This document shows, one piece after another, positions 28,462 to 38,091 of a stretch of DNA of 64,000 nucleotides. The translations under genes were made by a program, and so were the position numbers. Below the pieces are notes generated by a model. That model saw only the letters and a program-made list of their open reading frames with translations. It ran no database searches and was not told the origin of the DNA. The stretch lies in the NCBI GenBank assembly GCA_947085185.1, contig CAMTVK010000002.1, positions 32,001 to 96,000 on the forward strand, read 5' to 3'. Each line of letters opens with the position of its first letter. The first letter of the stretch is position 1. The DNA is from Candidatus Fraserbacteria bacterium. GTDB taxonomy: Bacteria; Bipolaricaulota; Bipolaricaulia; RBG-16-55-9; DRXL01.

Positions 28462-29853
28462 ATGACTCTCTCGTATGATTTTATCATCATTGGCTCTGGC
28501 ACCTCCGGCGGCGTCCTCGCGTATTATCTCACGAAAGCCGGAGCCAAATGCTTGCTCCTTGAGGCGGGCAAGGCCTTCACCGCCCAAACGTTCCCCAACA
28601 ACGAGCTGGACTATTCAGCCCAGCTCTTCTGGAACGGTGGGATGGAATTTAATTCCGACGTCACTCTGGCGTTTCTGCGCGGCAAATGCCTTGGCGGCGG
28701 CTCCGTCGTCAATCAGTGTCTTTTAGATCGCTTCGATGACTTCGCGTGGGACCTGTGGCGCAATCTCTCACATATTGAGTCTTTCACGAGCGCCCACATG
28801 GCCCCACACTACGACGAGATCGAGTCCAAGCTCAGCATCCAAGAGATCCCAGAACGCCACTTCAATCGCAATGCTCACTTCATGAAAGAGGGCTTCGAGA
28901 AGCTGGGCTATCGCTGGAAGCCCCTGCGACGGGGCCAGACAGACTGCAAGCTCGACGAAGGCAACGACTGCATGGCGTGTCTGGGGGGCTGCCATCGCAA
29001 CTCTAAACAGAGCACGCTTGTCACGTTCATCGCGTGGGCGCGCGAGGCGGGCTTAGAAGTCTGGCCCCAATTTCACGTGGAGCGCCTCGAAGCCACGTCT
29101 CAAGTTGTCAAAGTCATTGGAGTACAGGGGGAACAAACACAGAGAGAAGTCAGCGCTCCTAGGGTCATTTTAGCTGGGGGGGCTCTAGGCACGACGGCGT
29201 TGCTCTTGCGCTCCGGGTTCAAAGAGAAGCTCCCAGCCCTCGGACAGGGCTTCTTCTGTCATCCCCAATGGATGGTCTTCGCAGTCTTCAATGAGCCCGT
29301 TGACGCTCACACGGGCGCATTCCAAGCTATTAAGTCCGACGATCCACGCTTTCGCCACCAGGGGTTTAAGCTCGAAAATGTCTTCGCCCCGCCCATCAGC
29401 GTGGCGATGCTTTTGCCCGGCTTTGGCAAGGCTCATCACGCTCTGATGAGAAAATATCGCTCTATGGGCTGTATAGAAGTTGCGGTACGCGACACGACCC
29501 CCGGCGAGCTCTCGCTGGATCGCTGGGGAAGATTGCTCATACGCAAAGAGCTAGGCGCCGAAGATCGCAAGCGGCGCCAGGCGGGACTGGCCGTCATAGA
29601 AGAGATCTTTCGTGCCGTGGGCGCGCAACAGATCATCGTCTCGTCGGTGGGGTTGGGATTGCACTTGATGGGCGGCTGCGCCATCGGCACTGATCCCAAA
29701 AGTTCTGTCGTCACCGAGCGCTTTCACGTACACGGCTTCCCCAATATCTTCGTGGCGGACTCAAGCATCTTCCCTGCAGCCCCGGGGATCAATCCCGCAT
29801 TGACGATCATGGCTCTCAGTCATCGAGCCAGTCAGTCTATTCTCCAAGGGTGA
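28462..29853 (+). CDS. GMC family oxidoreductase
   Basis: IIGSGTSGG, GKCLGGGSVVN, HLMGGC, DSSIFP..G.NP.LTIMA. Confidence 0.92.
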   Translation: MTLSYDFIIIGSGTSGGVLAYYLTKAGAKCLLLEAGKAFTAQTFPNNELDYSAQLFWNGGMEFNSDVTLAFLRGKCLGGGSVVNQCLLDRFDDFAWDLWRNLSHIESFTSAHMAPHYDEIESKLSIQEIPERHFNRNAHFMKEGFEKLGYRWKPLRRGQTDCKLDEGNDCMACLGGCHRNSKQSTLVTFIAWAREAGLEVWPQFHVERLEATSQVVKVIGVQGEQTQREVSAPRVILAGGALGTTALLLRSGFKEKLPALGQGFFCHPQWMVFAVFNEPVDAHTGAFQAIKSDDPRFRHQGFKLENVFAPPISVAMLLPGFGKAHHALMRKYRSMGCIEVAVRDTTPGELSLDRWGRLLIRKELGAEDRKRRQAGLAVIEEIFRAVGAQQIIVSSVGLGLHLMGGCAIGTDPKSSVVTERFHVHGFPNIFVADSSIFPAAPGINPALTIMALSHRASQSILQG

Positions 29854-30227
29854 GCGCTATGTCTCAGTTTCTTGGCCCAAGAGAGCTTGCGGCGCTGGAG
29901 CGCATCGGCGATCTCATGCTCCCTGGGGATGTGGAGTTCCCGCCCTTCTCCCAGACGGGCTGCATCGCATTCGTAGACGATCTGCTGCGCTTCATGGGCA
30001 CCAAAGATCGTGATGACTTAAGAACCCTTCTCAAGATGCTCTCATTCGTGCCGACCCCGCTGGTGCGCGCGTTCCTTGGGCTCTGTCAAACGCGCTGGAC
30101 CCCGACGCTGCGCATGATCGAGCTGGGCTTGAAAGGGCTCGTTATGAGCTTGTACTATTCTCACAAGACTGCCCCTAGTGGGCGCAAGCCGCTCGATGTA
30201 ATCGGCTTTGCTCTGCGGCGCTTGTAA
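29850..30227 (+). CDS. Small GMC partner (gluconate 2-dehydrogenase subunit-3-like)
   Basis: Overlapping start with GMC gene; IGDLMLP..LVMSLYY..VIGF pattern. Confidence 0.55.
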   Translation: MSAMSQFLGPRELAALERIGDLMLPGDVEFPPFSQTGCIAFVDDLLRFMGTKDRDDLRTLLKMLSFVPTPLVRAFLGLCQTRWTPTLRMIELGLKGLVMSLYYSHKTAPSGRKPLDVIGFALRRL

Positions 30228-30263
30228 AGTCCGTCAATTTGTGCTATACATAGCAAAACGATC

Positions 30264-31808
30264 ATGTTCGCGAAAGCTCTCAGCGGGGCAGTTGTTGGTA
30301 TCGACGCGGAGCTCATCGAGGTGCAGTGCGATATTGCGCTGGGGCTGCCAAGCTTTACTATCGTTGGGCTGCCCCAAAAAGAAGTCCAAGAGAGCCGCGA
30401 GCGCATCCGCAGCGCCCTCAAGAATGCGGGCTTCGACTTCCCCGCCAAAAGAATCACAGTCAATTTAGCGCCCGCGGATCTCCCAAAAGAAGGAGTCGGG
30501 CTTGATCTTCCCTTGGCGTTGGCGATCTTGGTTGCGACGGGACAGATCTCCGGCGAGCGCCTTACGAACTTCTTGGCGTTGGGCGAACTGTCGCTGGACG
30601 GCCAGGTGCGCCCGGTCAAGGGTGTGCTCCCTATAGCTTTAGCGGCGCGCACGCATACTCTGAAGGGCATCATCGTCCCCGCGAGCAATGCGAAAGAAGC
30701 TGCCATCATCTCGTCTTTAGAAGTCTACGCCGTCGAGAATCTCCGGCAAGCCATTGCGTTTCTCAATGGCGAACTCGAGCTGAAACCGACCGTTGCTGAG
30801 CCGGCGCTGTTTGCTCATAATGATCGGCTCTATGACTGCGATCTCAGCGAGATCAAAGGCCAAGAACAAGCCAAGCGAGCTCTTGAAGTTGCTGCCGCCG
30901 GGGGACATAATATTCTCTTCATTGGGCCGCCGGGCTCAGGCAAGAGCATGCTGGCCAAGCGCTTGCCCACGATCTTGCCCCCGCTGTCGTTTGAGGAATC
31001 GCTCGAAGTGACAAAGATTTACAGTATTCTTGGGCTGCTGCCCTCCGACCGTCCTTTGATGCTGACGCGGCCCTTCCGGGCGCCGCACCATACAGTGTCG
31101 TATGCGGGCATGGTCGGAGGTGGGCACGGGCAGCCGCGCCCCGGCGAGATCTCGCTCGCTCATCATGGGGTCTTGTTCTTAGATGAGCTTCCCGAGTTTG
31201 AGCGCGACGTCTTGGAGACGCTGCGGCAGCCCCTCGAAGAGCGGGTGGTGACGCTCTCGCGGGCTGCGGCAGCCCTGACGTTCCCCGCGAATTTTATGCT
31301 CGTCGCCGCGATGAACCCCTGCCCCTGCGGCCACCGGGGAGATGCGAAAAAGCCCTGCCGCTGCAGCCCTCTCGATATCAAGCGCTACCGCAAGCGGATT
31401 TCCGGCCCGTTTCTTGATAGAATAGATATATTCGTGGAGGTGCCACGACTGACGAAAGAAGAACTCATGGGCAAGCCCGCCGGCGAAAGCTCAGGCGCGG
31501 TGCGGGCGCGAGTGGAGCGAGCGCGCCGGATCCAGAGCGAGCGCTTCCAAGGGCAGAAGATCTTCGCCAACGCGCAGATGGGGATTCGCGAAGTGCGGCT
31601 CTATTGTCCGCTGGAGCAGAACGCTCAGGCGCTTCTAGAGCGGGCCATCGAACACTTGAATTTGAGCGCGCGCGCCTACCATCGTGTGCTCAAAGTCGCG
31701 CGCACGATCGCAGACTTGGAGCAGTCGGAGATCATTAAAGCCGCGCATGTTGCTGAAGCAATCCAATACCGAAGCTCAGAAGAGAGCGTTCTCGAAGGAG
31801 GTATGTAA
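30264..31808 (+). CDS. comM: YifB/ComM Mg-chelatase-like AAA+ ATPase
   Basis: IVGLP..VQESRER, ITVNLAPADLPKEG, GPPGSGKS, PGEISLAHHGVLFLDE, MNPCPCG. Confidence 0.95.
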   Translation: MFAKALSGAVVGIDAELIEVQCDIALGLPSFTIVGLPQKEVQESRERIRSALKNAGFDFPAKRITVNLAPADLPKEGVGLDLPLALAILVATGQISGERLTNFLALGELSLDGQVRPVKGVLPIALAARTHTLKGIIVPASNAKEAAIISSLEVYAVENLRQAIAFLNGELELKPTVAEPALFAHNDRLYDCDLSEIKGQEQAKRALEVAAAGGHNILFIGPPGSGKSMLAKRLPTILPPLSFEESLEVTKIYSILGLLPSDRPLMLTRPFRAPHHTVSYAGMVGGGHGQPRPGEISLAHHGVLFLDELPEFERDVLETLRQPLEERVVTLSRAAAALTFPANFMLVAAMNPCPCGHRGDAKKPCRCSPLDIKRYRKRISGPFLDRIDIFVEVPRLTKEELMGKPAGESSGAVRARVERARRIQSERFQGQKIFANAQMGIREVRLYCPLEQNAQALLERAIEHLNLSARAYHRVLKVARTIADLEQSEIIKAAHVAEAIQYRSSEESVLEGGM

Positions 31809-34055
31809 GTGCGTCACACAATCACTATTGGCGTATGGGTAGGGATGGTTGTGCTTGGGGTGGCTCTCGCCATGGCGCAAGAGACGGCCTACACCGTGAG
31901 AGAGGTCCTGATCACGGGGAATAAAGCCCTGACCAAGCGCGAGATCTACGATGCTCTACCGTTCAATATTGGCTCGCGCATTACTATAGCCGATGTCGAG
32001 AAAGGGGCTGCGGCCCTGCGGGCTCTGGGAACACTAGAAAAAGTCGAGGCCGATTATAGAATTATCTCCAACAGCATCCGCGTGATCTATCGCGTCGTGG
32101 AGAACCCCATCGTCAAGAAGATCGAATTCACGGGGAACGAGAGCTATCAGTTCTATCTGATAGATATCTGGGGGATCAGGCTCTTCCCGTACAAGATGAA
32201 GCTAGCACGGCGCGACGAACTGATCGACGCGCTGCGCGAGGCCAAGGTCGAAGAGAACAAGCCACTCAATATACGATGGTTCGACGACAAGATCATCGAG
32301 AACACGATCACGCAGTTCTATCTCAAGAAGGGCTATACGTTCATTGGGGTAGACCTGGTCTTCAACCGCGAGAAGCAGATCCTGACTATTCAGATCGTAG
32401 AGGGCAAGCTCGATGGCGTCGAGATCCGCGGGCTCCAAGAAGTCCCAGAGTCTCTCGTCAAGCCCTGGTTACAGCTCCCCGTGGGGGAACCAGTCAAGAT
32501 CGCCCCTATCCAAGAAGCAATCAAAGCGCTCAACAAGTCGGTCTACTTTCAGCCGACCGACGAGCAGACTCTTGGGATCGAACAAGGGAGCAAGCCTAAC
32601 ACCGTGAAGATCATTTGGAACCTCAAGGAGCGCCGTCTCCTCGATGCGCCCACGGAGATCCGCGCGATCCGGCTCTCCGGCGCTACAGTCTATACGCCCG
32701 ATCAGCTCCATGCCCTCATAGGAAAGCTCCCCCAAGGACCAGTCAATAACTTCACACTGCTCACTGCGCTCAAGCGCGTCTACGATCTCTATCGCATGGA
32801 AGGCTATATCTTGGCCAACTTCGTGAGGGAGTCTCTTGCCGACGGGGTGCTCACCGTGCGCATCACCGAGGGGAGGATCGTCAAGGTCACGATCTCCAAT
32901 GCGTGTAAGCCCGGCGCCAAATCCGTGATCATCCCCAACGTCATAGAGCTTCCCCGACAGTGTACCTCGGAGATGGTCATCCGCAAAGCGTTGCGCCTGA
33001 GAGAAGGGGATCTGATCAATGAGAACCCCCTGCGCGATAGCTTCAGGAATCTCCTGCAGTTGGGCTACTTCAAAGGTGATGGGGTCAACATCCAGCCCAA
33101 GGTGCTCGACGAATCGACCGGGGAAGTCGAGCTTCTCGTCAGCGTCGTCGAGGAAGATCAGTTGGGGAATCTCAAGGGTGGAGTGAGCTATAATCCCCAG
33201 ATGGGGCTGGTCGGACAGATCAGCGTGGGATGGAAGAATATCTTAGGGACAGCGCAAGACGTAGACCTGTCGCTTGACCGGGGTCTGATAGGCAAAGATG
33301 TGCTCAATTACTCGTTTAGCTACAAGACCACGGCGTACTTCAAGGAGTACAATTCTCTCGAGATTTCGCTCTTCAATAACACTTCTCAGCAGACTGACCC
33401 CAAGCCCCACGAGATGACTAAATCCGGGGCGACGTTCGCCGTCAGCTATCCCGTGAGATCGGACCTCACGCTGACGCTGCGCTTCCGATACGAGCACGTC
33501 TGGAAAGCTGAGCCCATGAACGAGAAGAGTTTGATCATGTCAGTAGGGCTGGACATCGTGCGGGATACGCGCAACAACCCGATCTTCCCGACGTCAGGGG
33601 GCGAAGTGATCTTCATAGGTGAGCAGGCGGGCAAGTTCGCCGTGGGCACGGAGTTCACCAAGCTCCAGGGGATCTGGACGCATCACTGGCGGACGCTGGA
33701 GCGCCAGACGATCTCCGTGAGGCTCTATGGAGCTCTGGGGCTGAGCTTGCCTTCCCAAGAGCGTTTCGGCTTTGGCGGCGTCATGACGGTGCGCGGCTGG
33801 GAGATGCGCTTTGCGGATCAGTTTGCCTTGACGAATCTTGAGTATCGCATGGAGCTTGCTGAGAATATCTGGGGCGTCTTCTACTATGATGTCGGATGGG
33901 CGAAGGAGGTGGGATGGCGCCAGTCGCTCGGCTTTGAGATGCGCCTGGTGACGGGCTTTATCGGGAACGTGCGATTTATCTTGGCCTGGCCGTTCTACGA
34001 GACAGGGTTACAGATCGCACCGGTCTTCCAATTTGGTTTTGGCACGATGTTCTAA
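31809..34055 (+). CDS. bamA: Omp85/BamA outer membrane assembly factor
   Basis: Signal peptide, multiple POTRA domains, RDTRNNPIFPTSG, VRGW, C-terminal Phe. Confidence 0.85.
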   Translation: MRHTITIGVWVGMVVLGVALAMAQETAYTVREVLITGNKALTKREIYDALPFNIGSRITIADVEKGAAALRALGTLEKVEADYRIISNSIRVIYRVVENPIVKKIEFTGNESYQFYLIDIWGIRLFPYKMKLARRDELIDALREAKVEENKPLNIRWFDDKIIENTITQFYLKKGYTFIGVDLVFNREKQILTIQIVEGKLDGVEIRGLQEVPESLVKPWLQLPVGEPVKIAPIQEAIKALNKSVYFQPTDEQTLGIEQGSKPNTVKIIWNLKERRLLDAPTEIRAIRLSGATVYTPDQLHALIGKLPQGPVNNFTLLTALKRVYDLYRMEGYILANFVRESLADGVLTVRITEGRIVKVTISNACKPGAKSVIIPNVIELPRQCTSEMVIRKALRLREGDLINENPLRDSFRNLLQLGYFKGDGVNIQPKVLDESTGEVELLVSVVEEDQLGNLKGGVSYNPQMGLVGQISVGWKNILGTAQDVDLSLDRGLIGKDVLNYSFSYKTTAYFKEYNSLEISLFNNTSQQTDPKPHEMTKSGATFAVSYPVRSDLTLTLRFRYEHVWKAEPMNEKSLIMSVGLDIVRDTRNNPIFPTSGGEVIFIGEQAGKFAVGTEFTKLQGIWTHHWRTLERQTISVRLYGALGLSLPSQERFGFGGVMTVRGWEMRFADQFALTNLEYRMELAENIWGVFYYDVGWAKEVGWRQSLGFEMRLVTGFIGNVRFILAWPFYETGLQIAPVFQFGFGTMF

Positions 34056-34081
34056 ATCCTATCGCAAAGGAGGCACACTAT

Positions 34082-34627
34082 ATGCGACAACTCTTTATGG
34101 GGCTGGGGTTGTTAGCTGTAATCTTTCTGGCAGGAGGCTGCCAATCGCAGGGTGGGGCGCAGGATATCGACGATCTGCGCGCGAGGGTGGACAAGCTCGA
34201 GCAGACAGTCCAAGATCTGAAGGCCCAATTGGCCAAGGGCGGATCCGGGCTGCGCATTGCGTATATTAACGCGGAAAAAGTCTTTCAAGATTACAAGCGC
34301 ACCAGCGAGGCCGTCGCGAAATTTCGCGCCGAAGCTGAGAAGAAACAGGGCGAGCTCAAGGCCCTCCAAGACAAGTTCAAGAAGGGCCTGATGAGCGAGG
34401 ACGAGTTTCAGCGGGGGGCAGCACGCCTGCAACAAGAGCTCCAGATGCTTGATCTTCAGCTGACTTCAGAAATCCAGAGCGAGATGATCAAGGTCGTCGA
34501 GCAGATCGCCAAGGAGAGAGGGTATCACTGGGTGACGCAGCGCAAGGACGTCGTCCTGTATGCCGACCCAAATGCGCTCGAAGATATCACGTATGATGTC
34601 CTGAAGATCCTCAACCAAGGACAGTAA
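34082..34627 (+). CDS. skp: OmpH/Skp chaperone with lipoprotein-type signal
   Basis: RIAYINAEKVF, IAKERGY, VLYA..DIT.DVLK; lipobox-like LAGGC. Confidence 0.85.
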   Translation: MRQLFMGLGLLAVIFLAGGCQSQGGAQDIDDLRARVDKLEQTVQDLKAQLAKGGSGLRIAYINAEKVFQDYKRTSEAVAKFRAEAEKKQGELKALQDKFKKGLMSEDEFQRGAARLQQELQMLDLQLTSEIQSEMIKVVEQIAKERGYHWVTQRKDVVLYADPNALEDITYDVLKILNQGQ

Positions 34628-34662
34628 GAGCGTGAAAAACTTCAAGAGCACTCTGCACCGTT

Positions 34663-35088
34663 ATGACGACAGATGAGATCCGGCGCATCTTGCCACATCG
34701 TTACCCGTTCTTGTTGGTCGACCGAGTGCTGGAATGGGGCGAGCGGCGCGTACGCACGCTCAAGAACGTCACCCATAATGAGCCGTTCTTTGCCGGGCAT
34801 TTCCCGGAGCAGCCGATCATGCCCGGCGTCTTGATCTTAGAGGGCATGGCCCAGACCGTAGGGCTTCTCATAAGTCGGGAGCAGCCAGGTCGCAGCGGCT
34901 ACTTGGTCGGAGTGGACCATGCGCGCTTCCGCCGCCCCGTCCAGCCAGGAGATCAAATCGTCTATGAAGCCGAACTCGAACGCGGCCGTCAAGGGTTCTA
35001 CCGAGCACGGGTCCAAGCCAGCGTCAACGGAACTCCTGTGGCGCAAGCCCTGTTGTCGGTCGCTGTCAACACTCAAGAGCAGCTATGA
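34663..35088 (+). CDS. fabZ: 3-hydroxyacyl-ACP dehydratase
   Basis: LPHRYPFLLVD, FFAGHFP..PIMPGVLILEGMAQ. Confidence 0.97.
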   Translation: MTTDEIRRILPHRYPFLLVDRVLEWGERRVRTLKNVTHNEPFFAGHFPEQPIMPGVLILEGMAQTVGLLISREQPGRSGYLVGVDHARFRRPVQPGDQIVYEAELERGRQGFYRARVQASVNGTPVAQALLSVAVNTQEQL

Positions 35089-35996
35089 AACGCTTAGTCG
35101 AGTGCGTCCCCAATATCAGCGAAGGGCGCGATCACGCAAAAATTGACACGATCGTCGCTGCGGTAAGAGAGACCCCAGGAGTTCTTCTGCTCGACGTTGA
35201 TCCCGACGCCGACCACAATCGCACGGTCATCACGTTCGTGGGCGAACCCCAAGCGATAGAATCAGCTGTCTTAAACTTAGTTGCTCAGGCCGTCGCCTTG
35301 ATAGATCTTACGAAGCACAAAGGGGAACATCCGCGCATGGGAGCTGTGGACGTCATCCCGTTCGTGCCGTTGCGAGGGGTGAAAAAGCACGAGTGCATTG
35401 AGCTCGCCCAACGAGTCGGCCAAGCGATCTGGGAGAGATTCAAAGTCCCGATCTATCTCTATGGAGACGCGGCGACCCGCCCCGAACGCAAGGATCTCGC
35501 CAACATCCGCAAGGGGGAGTTTGAAAACTTCTTCGCGAAGATTCAAGAGCCCGACTGGGCTCCCGATTTTGGGGAAAGAAGAGTTCATCCGACGGCCGGC
35601 GTCAGCGCTGTGGGCGTGCGCCCTCCCTTGATCGCGTTCAACGTCAATCTGGGCACGAACAACTTAGATATTGCGAAACAGATCGCCAAAGCCGTGCGGG
35701 GCTCCGACGGCGGGCTGCGCTACGTCAAAGCGCTCGGGTTCGCTCTTGAAGGGCGGGGCATCGTTCAAGTCTCTATGAATTTGACGAACTTTGAGAAGAC
35801 CCCGATCTATCAGGTCTTTGAGCTGATCAAGTGCGAGGCCGACCGCTGGGGGGTTCCTATTGTAGGGAGCGAGATCGTGGGGCTTGTCCCCCAGGCAGCC
35901 CTCCTTCAAGTCGCCGAGCATTTCCTCAGGCTCGAGAACTTCAGCTATGACCAAGTGTTAGAGAATAGACTGACTCAGTGTCTTGAAGAGTCGTGA
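35085..35996 (+). CDS. ftcD: Glutamate formiminotransferase
   Basis: ECVPNISEGR, DADHNRTV, HPRMGAVDV, QVSMNL. Confidence 0.95.
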   Translation: MKRLVECVPNISEGRDHAKIDTIVAAVRETPGVLLLDVDPDADHNRTVITFVGEPQAIESAVLNLVAQAVALIDLTKHKGEHPRMGAVDVIPFVPLRGVKKHECIELAQRVGQAIWERFKVPIYLYGDAATRPERKDLANIRKGEFENFFAKIQEPDWAPDFGERRVHPTAGVSAVGVRPPLIAFNVNLGTNNLDIAKQIAKAVRGSDGGLRYVKALGFALEGRGIVQVSMNLTNFEKTPIYQVFELIKCEADRWGVPIVGSEIVGLVPQAALLQVAEHFLRLENFSYDQVLENRLTQCLEES

Positions 35997-36041
35997 CTCT
36001 CTTCCTTGCTTGTGCGGCCCAAGGGCTGATAGCATTGAGCT

Positions 36042-37331
36042 GTGAACTTCAAGCGTGTGACGATCTTAGGAGCGGGGCGCAGCGGCATAGCTGCTGCTTG
36101 CGCGCTCCACGCCCTGGGCGTTGAAGTCTTCGTCAGCGAGCAGGCAGCGCTCTCGCCGTGGGCTCGGCACCAGCTGAGTCAGCTTCGCATCTCTTTTGAG
36201 GAACACGGCCACACTGAGCACGCGCTCGCTCACGCGCAGCTCGTCGTGCTCTCCCCTGGAGTCCCCATCGCTGCTCCTATCGTGCAACGCGCTCGTGCTT
36301 TGGGCATCCCCGTCTGGGGCGAATTGGAGCTTGCCTATCGGCTTTGCCCCAGCAAACAGATCATTGCTGTAACGGGCACCAACGGCAAGAGCACCACGAC
36401 AAAACTCATCGAAGCGCTGCTTACCCAAAGCGGGCTGAGAGCGCTCAGCGCGGGCAACATCGGGACACCGCTTGCCGCACGGCTCCGCGAGATCACCCCG
36501 GACACTCTAGTCGTCCTTGAAGTGAGCAGCTTCCAGTTGGAGTCTATCGAGCGATTTCGGCCCACTGTTGCTGTGCTCTTGAACGTCGCGCCGAACCATC
36601 TGGACCGCCACGGCACGTTCGAAGAGTATCTCTCTAGCAAATGTCGGATCTTTGAGAACCACACTGAGCATGACACTCTCGTGCTTCCGAGAAGTCTTCT
36701 CTTACCGAAGCGTCCCCGCTCGCGCGTAGTCTATTATGACGATATCCTCCCAGAGCTCAGTCATCTGAACGTGCCTGCTCATTTGAGAGAAAACACGGCA
36801 GCCGCCCTGGCCGCCTGTCGAGTCTTCGTGCCTTCTCTGGCTCCCCCAGATGCAGAGATCTTCGCACGGGTGCGCTTATCTCATCGCCAAGAGTTCATCG
36901 CGGAGATCAATGGGGTGAAATTCTACGACGATTCCAAGGCGACGACCGTCCATGCGACGCTGGCGGCACTCGATGCTTTTGCAGGGCCGTTGGTCTTGAT
37001 CTTAGGAGGGCGCAATAAGAATTTAGACTTTGCCCCGCTTGTGCAAGCCTTGCGCTCCAAGCAAATCTGCGAGATTCTCTTAATCGGAGAAGCTGCGCCC
37101 CAGATCGCTCAGGCGCTCCAAGCCGCGCAGATCACTCAGTTCTCGTTCGTGGGAGACTTTTCTGAAGCCGTCGAGCGTGCGCTGCGCTATCCAGGAGCGA
37201 CATGCCTGCTTTCCCCAGCATGTGCGAGCTTCGATCAATTTAAGAACTATGAGGAGCGCGGGCGTGTCTTTCGTGAGGCCGTCCTGCGAGCCCAGCAGCT
37301 CACTCTGACTTCTCCCCCACAAGCGATATAA
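36042..37331 (+). CDS. murD: UDP-N-acetylmuramoyl-L-alanine--D-glutamate ligase
   Basis: TGTNGKSTT, GNIG, EVSSFQLE, HLDRH, DSKAT, LSPACASFDQF. Confidence 0.95.
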   Translation: MNFKRVTILGAGRSGIAAACALHALGVEVFVSEQAALSPWARHQLSQLRISFEEHGHTEHALAHAQLVVLSPGVPIAAPIVQRARALGIPVWGELELAYRLCPSKQIIAVTGTNGKSTTTKLIEALLTQSGLRALSAGNIGTPLAARLREITPDTLVVLEVSSFQLESIERFRPTVAVLLNVAPNHLDRHGTFEEYLSSKCRIFENHTEHDTLVLPRSLLLPKRPRSRVVYYDDILPELSHLNVPAHLRENTAAALAACRVFVPSLAPPDAEIFARVRLSHRQEFIAEINGVKFYDDSKATTVHATLAALDAFAGPLVLILGGRNKNLDFAPLVQALRSKQICEILLIGEAAPQIAQALQAAQITQFSFVGDFSEAVERALRYPGATCLLSPACASFDQFKNYEERGRVFREAVLRAQQLTLTSPPQAI

Positions 37332-37336
37332 TTAAT

Positions 37337-37519
37337 GTGATGCCCAAGAGGAAGCGCTCCGTGCGCCGTCCCAGAGAGAAGAGAGCAGCTCAGAAGCTCG
37401 TGAAGGTCCGCCCTCTTGTGGACCCTCATCTCTGTCCCATCTGCCAAGAGCCGTTTACGCTCGTTGTGGGGTGCCATAAAGTTTGTCGCTGTGGATACGA
37501 AGAGGGCTGCGGAGACTGA
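37337..37519 (+). CDS. Small basic zinc-ribbon-like protein
   Basis: CPIC..CHKVCRCGYEEGCGD after a Lys/Arg-rich N-terminus. Confidence 0.5.
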   Translation: MMPKRKRSVRRPREKRAAQKLVKVRPLVDPHLCPICQEPFTLVVGCHKVCRCGYEEGCGD

Positions 37520-37663
37520 AAAAGCCTTCACCTTGAGTCTTGGGGCAGGGTGCAGGGCTCCCTGTGGGCCATCCCCGGACTCGGCACCCCGCCCCGCTCG
37601 CTCCCTCTGAGATGGACCGCTCACTGCTCCCTCACTCTAGCGCGACCTCCCCTCCCCAACCAT

Positions 37664-37695
37664 AAGCTAGCTTAAGAAAGAACTTAAGCTAGCTT
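37664..37695. repeat. 13-bp perfect inverted repeat (terminator or binding site) abutting the element
   Basis: AAGCTAGCTTAAG-aaagaa-CTTAAGCTAGCTT. Confidence 0.7.
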
Positions 37696-37937
37696 TGTAA
37701 TGGGTCAAGAGATCGTTACCAGGACCCAAGCGGTCGAGATCCTATCTCACAGCGGCAGCACCGCAAACTCCGCAGGCACTCTGCCACAGTCGTGCCCCTG
37801 AGAGGATGCCCGCTCTCTTGAGCCATTGCCACACCTCCCCCTGGCGGAACGTTTTGGTGCGGCATCTTTATAATCAATGGGTGCACCAAAACGTTCCGGT
37901 AACGATCTCTTGGCGCAGGGACCCTCTACCCTTGACA
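37696..37937 (+). mobile_element. MITE-like element, copy 1 (with nested 54-bp hairpin insert)
   Basis: TGT...ACA ends; subterminal IR CAAGAGATCGTTACC/GGTAACGATCTCTTG; near-identical to 44186-44385; no transposase. Confidence 0.7.
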
Positions 37938-37988
37938 AGATACCAACTACGCGGTAAACTAAGACCAACCCCACCCCATGTGGGGGGT
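37932..37988 (+). promoter_or_regulatory. Cargo promoter with CsoR-like operator
   Basis: TTGACA-17-TAAACT, then ACCCCACCCCATGTGGGGGGT over the predicted +1. Confidence 0.6.
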
Positions 37989-38091
37989 AATAGCTGTGAG
38001 GTCTAACAATGGACCAAGAGGGCTATCTTGATTCGGAGATCATGGCGCTGCCAGGCGGCAGCCGTTATAATGTGAACCAGGGGCAAGAGGC

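Noticed and set aside
37845..37898. Hairpin with AAC...GTT as an integron attC site
   Set aside because: Does not fit RYYYAAC/GTTRRRY, has no extrahelical bases, and no integrase is nearby
37696..37937. 6S RNA or riboswitch reading of the repeat
   Set aside because: No recognisable central bubble or aptamer motif by eye; two copies with TGT...ACA ends fit a mobile relic better. An Rfam scan would settle it
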